A stretch of DNA of 64,000 nt from the NCBI GenBank assembly GCA_047605505.1, contig JASGFO010000001.1, positions 1,703 through 65,702 of the forward strand, written 5' to 3'. The notes beneath the pieces are model-generated. The model ran no database searches. It was not told where the DNA came from and saw only the letters and a list, made by a program, of their open reading frames with translations. Made by a program: the position numbers and the translations under genes. The DNA is from Gordonia sp. (in: high G+C Gram-positive bacteria) (lineage in GTDB: Bacteria > Actinomycetota > Actinomycetes > Mycobacteriales > Mycobacteriaceae). This document shows positions 1 through 9,745 of the stretch, one piece after another (within the stretch, counting starts at the first letter, position 1; every line of letters starts with the position of its first letter).

Positions 1-905
1 TTGGCGTGGGCCGCGGCCATCCCCGCCGACGCGGTCAGCAGCGTGAGCGCCTCGTCGACGTCGGCGTCGTCGACGAGCGGGCGCGCCGCCCCGTCGGCGT
101 CGAGCAGCAGTTCCCGCAACCGGGCCGACGAGTCCGTGTCGTCGCGCAGCGCGTACAGCACGGGCAGGGTGTGGACGCCCTCGCGCAGGTCGGTGCCGGG
201 GGTCTTGCCGGAGTCACCGGTGACCGAGGAGATGTCGATGATGTCGTCGGAGATCTGGAAGGCGGTGCCCACGATGTCGCCGATGCGCGAGAGTCGGTCG
301 GTGACCTCGGCCGAGGCCCCCGCCGACATCGCTCCGAATCGCCCGGCCGCGGCGATCAGCGACCCGGTCTTCTCCCAGACGACCTTCAGGTAGTGCTCGA
401 TCGGATCGACGCCGTCGCCCGCCCCGAGGGTCTCCCGCATCTGCCCGGTGACCAGCTCGGCGAAGGTCTCGGCGATGATCCGCACGGCCTCCGGCCCCAG
501 CGTCGACACCAGCCGTGACGCCCGCGCGAACAGGTAGTCGCCGGACAGGATCGCAACGCTGTTGGACCAGCGCGCGTTGGCGCTCTGCGCCCCCCGGCGC
601 ATCGGCGCCTCGTCCATGACGTCGTCGTGGTAGAGCGTGGCCAGATGGATCATCTCGACGACGGTGGCCGCGGTGATCACCTCCGAGGAGGCGGGACGCT
701 CGCCGAACTGCGCGGCCAGGATCGCGAACATCGGCCGGAACCGCTTGCCGCCGGCCTTGGCCAGATGTGACGCGGCCTCGGTCATCACGGCGTCGCCGGC
801 GGCCAGCTCACTCAGCAGCAGGTCCTCGACCTGCGCCAATGCGGACCGGACGACGGCGGCGAACTCATCGGAAACGAGATCCACCCCGGTGAATGTCGAC
901 TTCAC
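1..905 (-). CDS. grcC1: Polyprenyl (heptaprenyl-type) diphosphate synthase, runs off the left edge
   Basis: Manual minus-strand translation (absent from the ORF track because it has no stop in the window): GGKRFRP, HLATLYHDDVMD, GDYLF, KTGSL, FQISDDIID. GTG at 905 with GGAG upstream. Syntenic with Rv0562. Confidence 0.93.
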   Translation of the reverse strand, partial: MKSTFTGVDLVSDEFAAVVRSALAQVEDLLLSELAAGDAVMTEAASHLAKAGGKRFRPMFAILAAQFGERPASSEVITAATVVEMIHLATLYHDDVMDEAPMRRGAQSANARWSNSVAILSGDYLFARASRLVSTLGPEAVRIIAETFAELVTGQMRETLGAGDGVDPIEHYLKVVWEKTGSLIAAAGRFGAMSAGASAEVTDRLSRIGDIVGTAFQISDDIIDISSVTGDSGKTPGTDLREGVHTLPVLYALRDDTDSSARLRELLLDADGAARPLVDDADVDEALTLLTASAGMAAAHA

Positions 906-1156
906 GTGCTGTTGGCTCCGTTCGTCCCCGCGATGGCATGACCCCACCGCATCCCGGGGCCAGCCTAACCGGTGGGCGAGGGCGGCATCGAACTCGCCGG
1001 GAGCCAGGCGCCGCGGCGGGGAAGGTGGCCGAGGAGGATCACCGTGATCGCCGGCCGGGACGGCCCGGCCGGTACCACGTACCATCCCGGGCGTCGCCGA
1101 CAGATCCGTCGAGGCGACCTGCGATCAGCCGATCCCGGCCCGACATACTGGTCTGT

Positions 1157-2422
1157 GTGAGCATCCCCGCACCGCCCGGCACCCTGCCCACCGCCGCCGA
1201 TGTCCTGGTCGTCGGGGCCGGACCGGGTGGCGCGGCCGCCGCCGCGCATGCGGCCGCCGCCGGCCACGACGTGGTCCTCGTCGACGCCGCGGACTTCCCC
1301 CGCGACAAGACCTGCGGCGACGGCCTGACCCCCCGGGCGGTCGCCGAACTCGACGCGCTCGGGGCCACCGCGATCCTCGACGGCCGGCCCCGGATCGCGG
1401 GCCTGCACCTGCACGGGTGGGGGGCGGCGCAGCGGGTGCCGTGGCCGTCGGGCCGGTTCCCCGCCCACGGCAGCGCGATCGCCCGCACCGAGTTCGACGA
1501 CGCGGTCCGCCGGGTCGCCGTCGAACGCGGCGCACGGATGGTCACCGCCAAGGCCGACGGCGTCGAGATGTCCGGCGACCGGGTCACCTCGGTGACCCTC
1601 ACCGGCACGGCCGGGACCGGCCCGGTCCGCGTGCGGGATGTCATCGTCGCCGACGGCGTGCGCTCGACCCTCGGCAGGCAGCTCGGCCGCACCTGGCATC
1701 GCGACACCGCCTACGGTGTCGCGGCCCGCGCGTACGTGCGGTCAGGCCGCGCCGACGATCCCTGGATGGGCTCGCACCTGGAACTTCGCGGACCCGACCG
1801 CGAACTACTGCCCGGCTACGGCTGGGTGTTCCCGCTGGGTGACACCGGCCCGGACGTCGGGCTGCTCAACGTCGGTGTCGGCGCACTCGCCACGGCCCGG
1901 CGGCCGGCGAACATGGCACTCAAACCCCTCCTCGACCACTATGCCCGGATGGTGGCCGACGAGTGGCAGACCACCGGCCGGCCCATGCGGGTGCGGACGG
2001 CACTGCTGCCGATGGGCGGTGCCGTGAGTGGTGTCGCGGGCCGCAACTGGATGCTCATCGGCGACGCCGCGGCCTGTGTCAACCCGCTCAACGGCGAGGG
2101 CATCGACTATGCGATGGAGACCGGCCGGCTCAGTGTCGGGCTGCTCGGCGCACCCGACTACACCGAGGCCTGGCGCACCCTGCTCGCCGACCACTACGGT
2201 CTCGCCTTCTCCGCCGCCCGCCGCCTGGCCGGGCTGTTGACGATGCCGCAGGCGGTGCCGGCGCTGGGGCGTCCCGGCATCCGGTCGCAGCGGCTGATGT
2301 CCCTCGTGGTGCGGGTGATGGGCAATCTCGTCACCGATGCCGACGCCGATCTCGTCGCCCGCGCCTGGCGGACCGTGGGTCGCGTCTCGAGCCGCGTCGA
2401 CGAGCGGCCGCCGTTCCGGTGA
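1157..2422 (+). CDS. menJ: Geranylgeranyl reductase-family menaquinone reductase
   Basis: VVGAGPGG FAD motif, RDKTCGDG, GYGWVFP, GDAAACVNPLNGEGI. Divergent from the polyprenyl synthase as for Rv0561c. GTG 1157 chosen because CATACT lies 7 nt upstream. Confidence 0.9.
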   Translation: MSIPAPPGTLPTAADVLVVGAGPGGAAAAAHAAAAGHDVVLVDAADFPRDKTCGDGLTPRAVAELDALGATAILDGRPRIAGLHLHGWGAAQRVPWPSGRFPAHGSAIARTEFDDAVRRVAVERGARMVTAKADGVEMSGDRVTSVTLTGTAGTGPVRVRDVIVADGVRSTLGRQLGRTWHRDTAYGVAARAYVRSGRADDPWMGSHLELRGPDRELLPGYGWVFPLGDTGPDVGLLNVGVGALATARRPANMALKPLLDHYARMVADEWQTTGRPMRVRTALLPMGGAVSGVAGRNWMLIGDAAACVNPLNGEGIDYAMETGRLSVGLLGAPDYTEAWRTLLADHYGLAFSAARRLAGLLTMPQAVPALGRPGIRSQRLMSLVVRVMGNLVTDADADLVARAWRTVGRVSSRVDERPPFR

Positions 2423-2447
2423 TCGCCGCGGACCTCCGACAACCCGT

Positions 2448-2497
2448 CGAAATTCCAGCAGCTCCCGGGGATATCCCCGGGAGCTGCTGGAATTTCG
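2448..2497. terminator. Perfect 50-bp palindrome between convergent menJ and menG; probable bidirectional terminator or REP-like element
   Basis: CGAAATTCCAGCAGCTCCCGGGGAT followed directly by its exact reverse complement. Confidence 0.65.
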
Positions 2498-2522
2498 GCA
2501 CCTTATCGGAGCTGTTCGTGAG

Positions 2523-3260
2523 CTACCCCGGCGGCACCACCCCGGAGTGGACGGCCACGATCCCGCCGGTCAGGTTCTGCCAGCGCACCGCGGTGAACCC
2601 GGCGTCGCGGATGAGGTCACCGAGGGCGAACTGATCGGGCCAGGCCCGGATCGACTCGGCCAGATACACATACGCCGCCGGGTTGCTCGACACCGTGGTC
2701 GCAACCGCGGGCAGCGCTTTCATCAGGTACTCCATGTACACCGTCCGGAAGGGCCGCAGCGTGGGCGTCGAGAATTCGCAGATCACGAGTCGCCCACCAG
2801 GTTTGAGCACCCGCCGCAGCTCCGCGAGGGCCACCGGCACATCGTGGACATTGCGCAGACCGAAGGAGATGGTGGCCGCGTCGAAGGAGCCGTCGGCAAA
2901 CGGCAGGGCCATGGCGTCCGCGGCCACCTTGGGCACGTCCCGGCGCGCCCCGGCCGTGAGCATCCCGAGCGAGAAGTCCGCGGCCACGCACCGCGCGCCC
3001 GACGACGCCAGCTCGACCGTCGACACCGCGGTCCCCGCGGCCAGATCGAGCACCACGTCCGAGGGCGTCAGCGACAGTGCCTTGCGGGTGGCCCTGCGCC
3101 AGCGCCGATCCTGCGCGAACGACAGCACCGTGTTGGTGAGGTCGTAGCGCCGGGCGACGCCGTCGAACATCGCCGCGACCTCGCCCGGTTCCTTGTCCAG
3201 GGTGGCCCGGTCCCCCGGCTCGGACGAGCGCGACGACGGGGCATCTGCGGTGGTTGCCAT
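2523..3260 (-). CDS. menG: Demethylmenaquinone methyltransferase (UbiE/MenG)
   Basis: [51 protein letters not shown] -10 element 7 nt before ATG 3260. Confidence 0.95.
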   Translation of the reverse strand: MATTADAPSSRSSEPGDRATLDKEPGEVAAMFDGVARRYDLTNTVLSFAQDRRWRRATRKALSLTPSDVVLDLAAGTAVSTVELASSGARCVAADFSLGMLTAGARRDVPKVAADAMALPFADGSFDAATISFGLRNVHDVPVALAELRRVLKPGGRLVICEFSTPTLRPFRTVYMEYLMKALPAVATTVSSNPAAYVYLAESIRAWPDQFALGDLIRDAGFTAVRWQNLTGGIVAVHSGVVPPG

Positions 3261-3270
3261 GGCGGCAACG

Positions 3271-4452
3271 CTACCCGGCCAGACGCACCCCGGCCCCGCC
3301 GTATCCGGCCATCCCCCGGCGCACACCGTGCTCGGCGATGACCTCGTGATAGTGGCCGACGAGCTGTTCACACAGCACGGGCCACGTTCGGGCACGCACC
3401 GCGGCCAGCCCGGCCCGGCCCATCGCGGCCCGGCGCGGCGCAGCGCGCAGCGCCTCGATCGCCTCGCCGATCCGGTCGGCGTATTCGGCCGGATCCAGCA
3501 GGAACCCCGTCGACAGCGGGGTCACCAGGTCGCGGGGGCCGCCGGCGTCCGGGCCGACGACCGGCAGGCCGCTGGCCATCGCCTCCTGGATCGTCTGACC
3601 GAAGGTCTCGTGCTCGCCGGCGTGCGCGAAGACGTCGAAGCTCGCGAAGGCCCGGGCGAGGGCCTCGCCGCGCAGTTCGCCGGTGAACACGGAATTCGGG
3701 CACAGGCGTACCAGACGGTCGCGTTCGGGCCCGTCCCCGACAATCACCAGCCGCACCGCCGGATCCGCGTCGAGCCCGGCCAATCGCTCCACGTGCTTCT
3801 CCGGGGCCAGCCGCCCGACAAAGCCGACCACCAGCGCATCGGGCCGATCCCCGCGCCACTGCGCGTGCAGTGCCGGATCCCGGCGCGCCGGCGTGAACAG
3901 CTCGGTGTCCACCCCCCGCGCCCACTTGTGCACTCGCGGAATATCATGTGCGGCAAGCGATTCCATCGTCGCCGTGGAAGGCGCCAAGGTCCGGTCGCAG
4001 CGTTCGTGCAGCATCCGCGTGTACCGCCACGCCGCCTTGGCGGCCACGTCCATGCCGTAGGCCCCGGCAAACCCGGCCACATCGGTCTGGAAGACCGCCA
4101 CCGTCGGCAGCCCCAACCGGCGTGCCGCGAGCACGCCGGCACCGCCGACCACGAACGGCGACGCCAGGTGCACGACGTCGGGCCGCGCGTCCCGCAGGGC
4201 CCTGTACAGCGTCGGGGTCGGCACCCCGACCGGCAGCGAGGCAACACCGGGAAACCGCATCGACCCGACCGTGTGCACCGGTGTACGCCGACCCACCAGC
4301 CGCGGCGCCCGCCGGCCGGCACGCTCGGAGTCGGGTGCGATCACCACCGCCGAATGCCCGGTCCGCTCGAGATGGTCGACGACCCGCAGCACCGAATTGA
4401 CCACACCATTGACCTGGGGAAGGAAACTCTCACCGACGATCGCGACTCTCAT
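3271..4452 (-). CDS. mgtA: GT4 GDP-mannose-dependent alpha-mannosyltransferase (Rv0557-like)
   Basis: [47 protein letters not shown]. Position between the Rv0556-like gene and menG. Confidence 0.88.
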   Translation of the reverse strand: MRVAIVGESFLPQVNGVVNSVLRVVDHLERTGHSAVVIAPDSERAGRRAPRLVGRRTPVHTVGSMRFPGVASLPVGVPTPTLYRALRDARPDVVHLASPFVVGGAGVLAARRLGLPTVAVFQTDVAGFAGAYGMDVAAKAAWRYTRMLHERCDRTLAPSTATMESLAAHDIPRVHKWARGVDTELFTPARRDPALHAQWRGDRPDALVVGFVGRLAPEKHVERLAGLDADPAVRLVIVGDGPERDRLVRLCPNSVFTGELRGEALARAFASFDVFAHAGEHETFGQTIQEAMASGLPVVGPDAGGPRDLVTPLSTGFLLDPAEYADRIGEAIEALRAAPRRAAMGRAGLAAVRARTWPVLCEQLVGHYHEVIAEHGVRRGMAGYGGAGVRLAG

Positions 4453-4528
4453 GCGAGTATCGTCGCCGCACTCCGTGTCCGGCATGGTGGCCGTGCATGA
4501 CGACGACCGGAACTCACCGGAAACTCTG

Positions 4529-4842
4529 CTCTCTGCGCCGCCTCCGGCGACGCGGTGCCTGCGCCTTGACACCCCACTCTTCGTCGTCGGCCCGCCACTG
4601 CCCCCGTATCGCCCTCACGATCGTTCACACCTGGTGGGGGCAGCCGCAGCCCTCCTCCTGCATCGCGGCGCCGGCTCCGGCACGGTACTCTCTGCGCCGC
4701 CTCCGGCGACGCGGTGCCTGCGCCTTGACACCCCACTCTTCGTCGTCGGCCCGCCACTGCCCTCGCATCTGGAATTCGAGAGTTCCCACCCGTGGGGGCA
4801 GCCGCGGCCCTCCTCCTGCATCGCGGCGCCGGCGCCGGCACG
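4529..4842. repeat. Two tandem ~155-bp intergenic repeat units (period 159), MIRU/REP-like, with a variable internal loop
   Basis: 4529-4684 and 4688-4842 share a ~75-bp block and a ~50-bp block; the ~30-nt middle differs and is flanked by CTGCCC...GGGCAG. Confidence 0.85.
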
Positions 4843-4851
4843 CTGCACGGC

Positions 4852-5355
4852 TCACCGCACGTTCACCACCTCGTCGGCCCCCGCCGCCCCATCCGGCTCC
4901 GCCGAATCCGATCCCGCCGCCCGCTGCGCCGACCACCGCAGCCACCGCCGGTTCGCCTCGGCGAGCGCCACCATCAGCACCCCGATCACCACCCAGGTCA
5001 GCGCCACCACCGACGCGGCCGGCACGATCGCGAGCCTCGCATCCCGACCGGCCGGCCGGGCCAGATCCGGGTTCAACCGGTCGTATTCGACGCTGATCCG
5101 CTGCCCGGTCACCAATTCAGTGGGATAGAGCAGCCCCAGCTTGGGGCTCCGGATCTGCCCGTCGGGGGTCTGGAAGTAGACGACGGCATGGAGCTCGTCT
5201 GCCGAGACCACATCGGCCATCACCACCCCCATGTCGGCCTCGATCGCCGCATCATTGCGGTACGCGGCCACCACGATCGCCCCGGCCATCACGGTCAGGA
5301 CCACTCCCACCACCAGCAACGCCTGCTGCAGGCGCCGCAAGACCGAGGGTTTCAC
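4852..5355 (-). CDS. Membrane protein, Rv0556-like (DUF3592-type)
   Basis: Two TM segments around [31 protein letters not shown] start overlaps the menD stop (GTGA). Confidence 0.8.
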   Translation of the reverse strand: MKPSVLRRLQQALLVVGVVLTVMAGAIVVAAYRNDAAIEADMGVVMADVVSADELHAVVYFQTPDGQIRSPKLGLLYPTELVTGQRISVEYDRLNPDLARPAGRDARLAIVPAASVVALTWVVIGVLMVALAEANRRWLRWSAQRAAGSDSAEPDGAAGADEVVNVR

Positions 5356-7019
5356 GAGCCCGCCACCAACCGCCGGCCGATCGCGGCGTGGACCGCGCGC
5401 AACCGTTCCCGATCGGTCACCACCTCGATCACCTCCACCCCGCCGGCCGGCGGCGCCTCGGCGAGGACCGCGGCCAGCGCAGCCACCTCCACGCGCCGCA
5501 GCGGCAGGTGGAAACCCGCGCACAGGGCGGCCAGATCGGTGTGGTGCGGAGTGCCGAAGACCCGCTCGTAGGCGCCTCGGTACGGCCCCGAATTGAATCG
5601 CGGATCGCCCTGTTCCAGCAGCCCGAAGATCCCGCCGCCGTCGTCGTTGGCGACGACGATCCGCAGCGCCGCCGGCCGCGGCTCGCCGGGCCCGATGATC
5701 AGGCCGGTCGCATCATGCAGAAAGGTCAGATCACCCATCAGGGCGACGGTCCGGGCACCACAGGCGGCGTCGAGCGCCAGGGCCGCGCCGATCGCGGTCG
5801 AGGTGTTCCCGTCGATGCCCGCGACCCCGCGATTGGACAGCACCCGCACGCCCTCGCCGACACGCCCGGCCAATGCGACATCCCGGATCGGGTTGCTCGC
5901 CCCGACGACGAGTTGTTCCCCGGGCCGCAGCGCGGCACTCACCGCACGGGCGACGTGCAGACCGGTCGCCGCACCGGGCGCGTCGAGCGCCGCGTCGACC
6001 ACCCCGAGCACCCGCTGATGGATTTCCGCGCAGGTCTTGAGCCAGTCCTCACCGGGGTCGCCGACCGCCTGCACCCGCGTACCCGTCGCGTAGACATTGC
6101 CCGAGACGTCCGGCCAGCGCGGTCCGGTGGTGATCGCGTAGACGCGGACGTCGGGATCGGCGAGCAGCTGCGACACCCCGCGGTGCAGCGTGGGCCGCCC
6201 GCAGATGATCGCCTGGCGCGGCCGGATCGAGGTCAACGCGAGGGGATGCAGCGGCGTCACCGCGTGCGGCGCGGTCGGCTCGGCCACGGTCGGGACCGCG
6301 TCGAGCTCGGGGTGGCGCCCGGCGCCGTGGCCGGCGACCACGACGGTGTCCACCGACAGGTCGATCTCCAGCGGCACGTCGAGCCGGCCGACCGGGGCAT
6401 GCGTCCACGGCAGCCCGCCCGCGCGGCCGGCATGGGTGCCCAGGTCGTCCTCGGGGCCCACCTCGGGGTCGGGCACCAGCGGTTCCCGCAGCGGGATGTC
6501 GAAGTGGACGGGGCCGGCGTTGCCGGTGCGCGCGCCGCGCGCCGCGGCGAGCACCCGGCCGACGGCCGACCGCCACTGGCTGTTGGTGTCGAGATCGGCC
6601 TCGGCGAGTCCCGGACTGATCGTCGCCCGGACCTGGGTGCCGAAGATCCCGAACTGTTCGACGGTCTGGTTGGCGCCCGAGCCGAGCAGCTCATAGGGCC
6701 GGTTGGCACTGATGACCACCAGGGGCACCCGGGCATAGTTCGCCTCGAAGACCGCGGGGCTCATGTTCGCGACGGCGGTTCCGCTGGTCATCACGATCGG
6801 CACCGGCCGCCCCGACGACACCGCCAGGCCCAGCGCGAGATAGCCGGCCGAGCGTTCGTCGATGCGGACATGCAGCCGCAGCTGCCCGGTGACGTCGGCC
6901 GCATGCAGCGCGAAGGCGAGCGGCGCGTTGCGCGAGCCCGGGCACAGCACGGCCTCGGTCACGCCACCGCGGATCATCTCGTCGACGATCACCCGCGCCT
7001 GCAGGGTCGAGGGATTCAT
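5352..7019 (-). CDS. menD: SEPHCHC synthase
   Basis: [41 protein letters not shown]...NDDGGGIF ThDP motif. TACTGT 7 nt upstream of ATG. Confidence 0.97.
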   Translation of the reverse strand: MNPSTLQARVIVDEMIRGGVTEAVLCPGSRNAPLAFALHAADVTGQLRLHVRIDERSAGYLALGLAVSSGRPVPIVMTSGTAVANMSPAVFEANYARVPLVVISANRPYELLGSGANQTVEQFGIFGTQVRATISPGLAEADLDTNSQWRSAVGRVLAAARGARTGNAGPVHFDIPLREPLVPDPEVGPEDDLGTHAGRAGGLPWTHAPVGRLDVPLEIDLSVDTVVVAGHGAGRHPELDAVPTVAEPTAPHAVTPLHPLALTSIRPRQAIICGRPTLHRGVSQLLADPDVRVYAITTGPRWPDVSGNVYATGTRVQAVGDPGEDWLKTCAEIHQRVLGVVDAALDAPGAATGLHVARAVSAALRPGEQLVVGASNPIRDVALAGRVGEGVRVLSNRGVAGIDGNTSTAIGAALALDAACGARTVALMGDLTFLHDATGLIIGPGEPRPAALRIVVANDDGGGIFGLLEQGDPRFNSGPYRGAYERVFGTPHHTDLAALCAGFHLPLRRVEVAALAAVLAEAPPAGGVEVIEVVTDRERLRAVHAAIGRRLVAGS

Positions 7020-7113
7020 GTGCACCACAGTAGGAGGTGTCCGCCGATCCCCCCGGCACCCGTTGGCGGGACCACGGCCGGCGACGTCCGGTTCGCGGAC
7101 TAGGCTTGAGGCC

Positions 7114-8394
7114 ATGACCGAGGAATCGACCCCAACTCCGCACCCGGCCGGCCGCGAGTTCGACGTCGTCGTCTTCGGCGCGACGGGCTTCGTCGGCGAG
7201 CTGACCGCGCGATATCTGGCCGCCCACGCCCCGGCCGGGACGAAGATCGCCCTCGCCGGCCGATCCGAGAGCAAGCTCACAGCGGTCCGTGGGCGGCTGC
7301 CGGCCGCCGCCGCGGCGTGGCCGCTGATCGTCGCCGATGCGTCGTCGCCGGCGTCACTCGACGCGATGGTCGCGCGCACCCGGGTCATCTGCACGACCGT
7401 CGGCCCCTACCTGCGCTACGGCGAGGCCCTGGTGGTTGCGGCCGCCACGGCCGGCACCGATTACGTCGACCTCACCGGTGAGGTGCCGTTTGTGCACTTC
7501 TCGATCAACAAGGCACACGAGACCGCCGTGGCGACCGGCGCCCGGATCGTGCACTCGTGCGGATTCGATTCGGTCCCGTCCGATCTCGGCACGTATCTGC
7601 TCTACCGCGCCATCGCCGACGACGACGCCGGCGCGCTCACCGACACCACCTTCATCCTGCGTTCGGTGCGCGGCGGGGTCTCCGGCGGCACCATCGACTC
7701 GGTGCGGGTGATCGCCGAGCAGGCCACCGATGCCGAACAGCGGCGGCTGTTGCTCAATCCGCAGGCCCTCTCGGGCACACCGGGCAACACCCCGCAGGCC
7801 AGTCTGCGCTCGGAGCCCAGCGACATCGCGATCGTCAACGCCAAGTCCGTCGATCCGTCGCTGTCCGGGACACTCGCGCCGTTTTTCATGTCGTCGCACA
7901 ACACCCGCATCGTGCGCCGTTCCAATGCGCTGCTCGACGGCGCCTACGGTCCCGATTTCCACTACGCCGAGACGATGAACGTCGGTGGCATCCCCGTCGT
8001 GTCCACGCTGACCGCAGGTCTGGTCAGTGTCGGGACCGGACTCGCGCTGGGCGCCATGAGCTTTCCGCCCTCGCGTCGGATCCTGGACCGACTGCTCCCG
8101 AAGCCCGGCGAGGGTCCCTCGCAGAAGAGCCGGGAGAAAGGGTATTTCGTCTCCGAGACCTACACCCGCACCACCACCGGCCGCCGCTATCGCTCCCAGA
8201 TGCGGGCGTCGGGAGATCCCGGATATCAGGCGACCGCGGTCATGCTCGGCGAGAGCGCCCTGACCCTTGCCCTCGATCGGGACGCCCTCCCGCAACGGGC
8301 CGGGGTGCTCACCCCCGCGGTCGCGATGGGCGATGCCCTGGCCGAACGCCTCCGGGGTGCCGGGGTGACACTCGAGGCGCACGAGCTCACCTGA
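7114..8394 (+). CDS. Saccharopine dehydrogenase-like / trans-acting enoyl reductase family oxidoreductase
   Basis: [49 protein letters not shown] 7 nt upstream of ATG. Confidence 0.88.
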   Translation: MTEESTPTPHPAGREFDVVVFGATGFVGELTARYLAAHAPAGTKIALAGRSESKLTAVRGRLPAAAAAWPLIVADASSPASLDAMVARTRVICTTVGPYLRYGEALVVAAATAGTDYVDLTGEVPFVHFSINKAHETAVATGARIVHSCGFDSVPSDLGTYLLYRAIADDDAGALTDTTFILRSVRGGVSGGTIDSVRVIAEQATDAEQRRLLLNPQALSGTPGNTPQASLRSEPSDIAIVNAKSVDPSLSGTLAPFFMSSHNTRIVRRSNALLDGAYGPDFHYAETMNVGGIPVVSTLTAGLVSVGTGLALGAMSFPPSRRILDRLLPKPGEGPSQKSREKGYFVSETYTRTTTGRRYRSQMRASGDPGYQATAVMLGESALTLALDRDALPQRAGVLTPAVAMGDALAERLRGAGVTLEAHELT

Positions 8395-8509
8395 ACCCAC
8401 CCCGGGCCCGCGGCACCGCCGGATCCGCCGGATCCGCCGCGCAGCCACGCCTCGATCCAAGCAGCCTGACGACGGGACCCGCCGACTCGGCAGGGCCTAT
8501 GCTGTCACG

Positions 8510-9745
8510 GTGACATCTACCGGAGGAGCCGCGCACCCCGACTGCGCACGCACCGGCGCCCGTGGCGGCCGCCTCCACATCGTCGTCCTGACGATCGCCT
8601 GTGACCCGTTCCACCGCGCGGCACTGAGATATGGTCTGTCGGCCGTCCTGCGCGCCGCCCAGCAGTCGATGCAGACGATCGCCCACCGATTGGGCAATGA
8701 CGCCGTCGTGACCCGGGTCGCCGAGTCGCGGTGGCGGGTCGCCGTCCGGCTGCGGGGCGCCTCGCGGGCCCAGCTGTACGGCAACCTCGAGAAGGTGCTG
8801 TCGCTGGTGGTGCGTGACTCGGATCCCACCGATCGCTATCTCGACTGTCATGTCGGGGTGGCCGTGGAACCCGAGCTCCCCGGTGTCGCGCGGACCGACC
8901 TTGCCGACTATGCCGACGCCGCGCTGAGTCTCGGTCTCCGGGCCCGCCACCGGATCCGGTTCGCCGGCCGCGCCGACGTGGCGGCCATCCGTGACTCCGT
9001 CGACCTGGCCACCCGCCTGCGGCAGGCGGCGCTCGACGACTTCCCGCTCGTCTATCAGCCGATCGTGCGGCTGTCCGATCGTGCGGTCCTGGGCTTCGAG
9101 TCGCTGTTGCGCTGGCGCGAGGGACCGACCCTGCATACGCCCGGGAACTTTCTCGCCGAGGCCGAGATGTCGTGGCGCGTCGTCGAGATGGGTCGTCAGA
9201 CGGTACCGGTCGCGGTCGGCGCGCTGGCCACCGAGCTGGCCTCGCTGTGCACGGGTGACGCCCCGTTCGTGACGATCAACCTGTCGGCGCAGCAGCTGCT
9301 GGATCCGCGGTTGACGTCGATCATCGCCACCGCCCTCGACCGCCACGACATTGCCCCGCATCAGCTCTGGATCGAGGTGCGCGAGGACACCGCCATCGCC
9401 CGCGACTCGCGGGCGTCGACCACCATCGGCCAATTGCACAAGCTCGGCTGCCGGATCGGCATCGATGATCTCGGTGCGGGCTATTCGGCGCTCACCTACA
9501 TTCGTGACCTGCCGATCGACATCCTCAAGCTGGATCGCTCACTGGTGACCAGGGTCGCCGACGATCCACTCAGCGCGGTGGTGATGACGGCGATCTGTCA
9601 GATGGCGGCCGCCGCGGGCATCACCACCGTCGCCGAGGGAATCGAATCCGAGGATCTGATTCCCCCGCTGGAGGAGTACGGGATCGACTACGCACAGGGT
9701 TTCTTGTTCGGCCGGCCGGCGTTCCCGGCAGAATTGGTCGGGTGA
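8510..9745 (+). CDS. EAL-domain c-di-GMP phosphodiesterase with a degenerate GGDEF-like N-terminus
   Basis: YQPIV, ESLLRW, INLS, IEVRE, DDLGAGYS, LKLDRS, AEGIE, AQGFLF. TATGCT 6 nt upstream of GTG 8510. Confidence 0.88.
   Translation: MTSTGGAAHPDCARTGARGGRLHIVVLTIACDPFHRAALRYGLSAVLRAAQQSMQTIAHRLGNDAVVTRVAESRWRVAVRLRGASRAQLYGNLEKVLSLVVRDSDPTDRYLDCHVGVAVEPELPGVARTDLADYADAALSLGLRARHRIRFAGRADVAAIRDSVDLATRLRQAALDDFPLVYQPIVRLSDRAVLGFESLLRWREGPTLHTPGNFLAEAEMSWRVVEMGRQTVPVAVGALATELASLCTGDAPFVTINLSAQQLLDPRLTSIIATALDRHDIAPHQLWIEVREDTAIARDSRASTTIGQLHKLGCRIGIDDLGAGYSALTYIRDLPIDILKLDRSLVTRVADDPLSAVVMTAICQMAAAAGITTVAEGIESEDLIPPLEEYGIDYAQGFLFGRPAFPAELVG

Noticed and set aside
4529-4842. CRISPR array (constant-variable-constant pattern)
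   Set aside because: Only two units, constant parts far longer than CRISPR repeats, and no cas genes.
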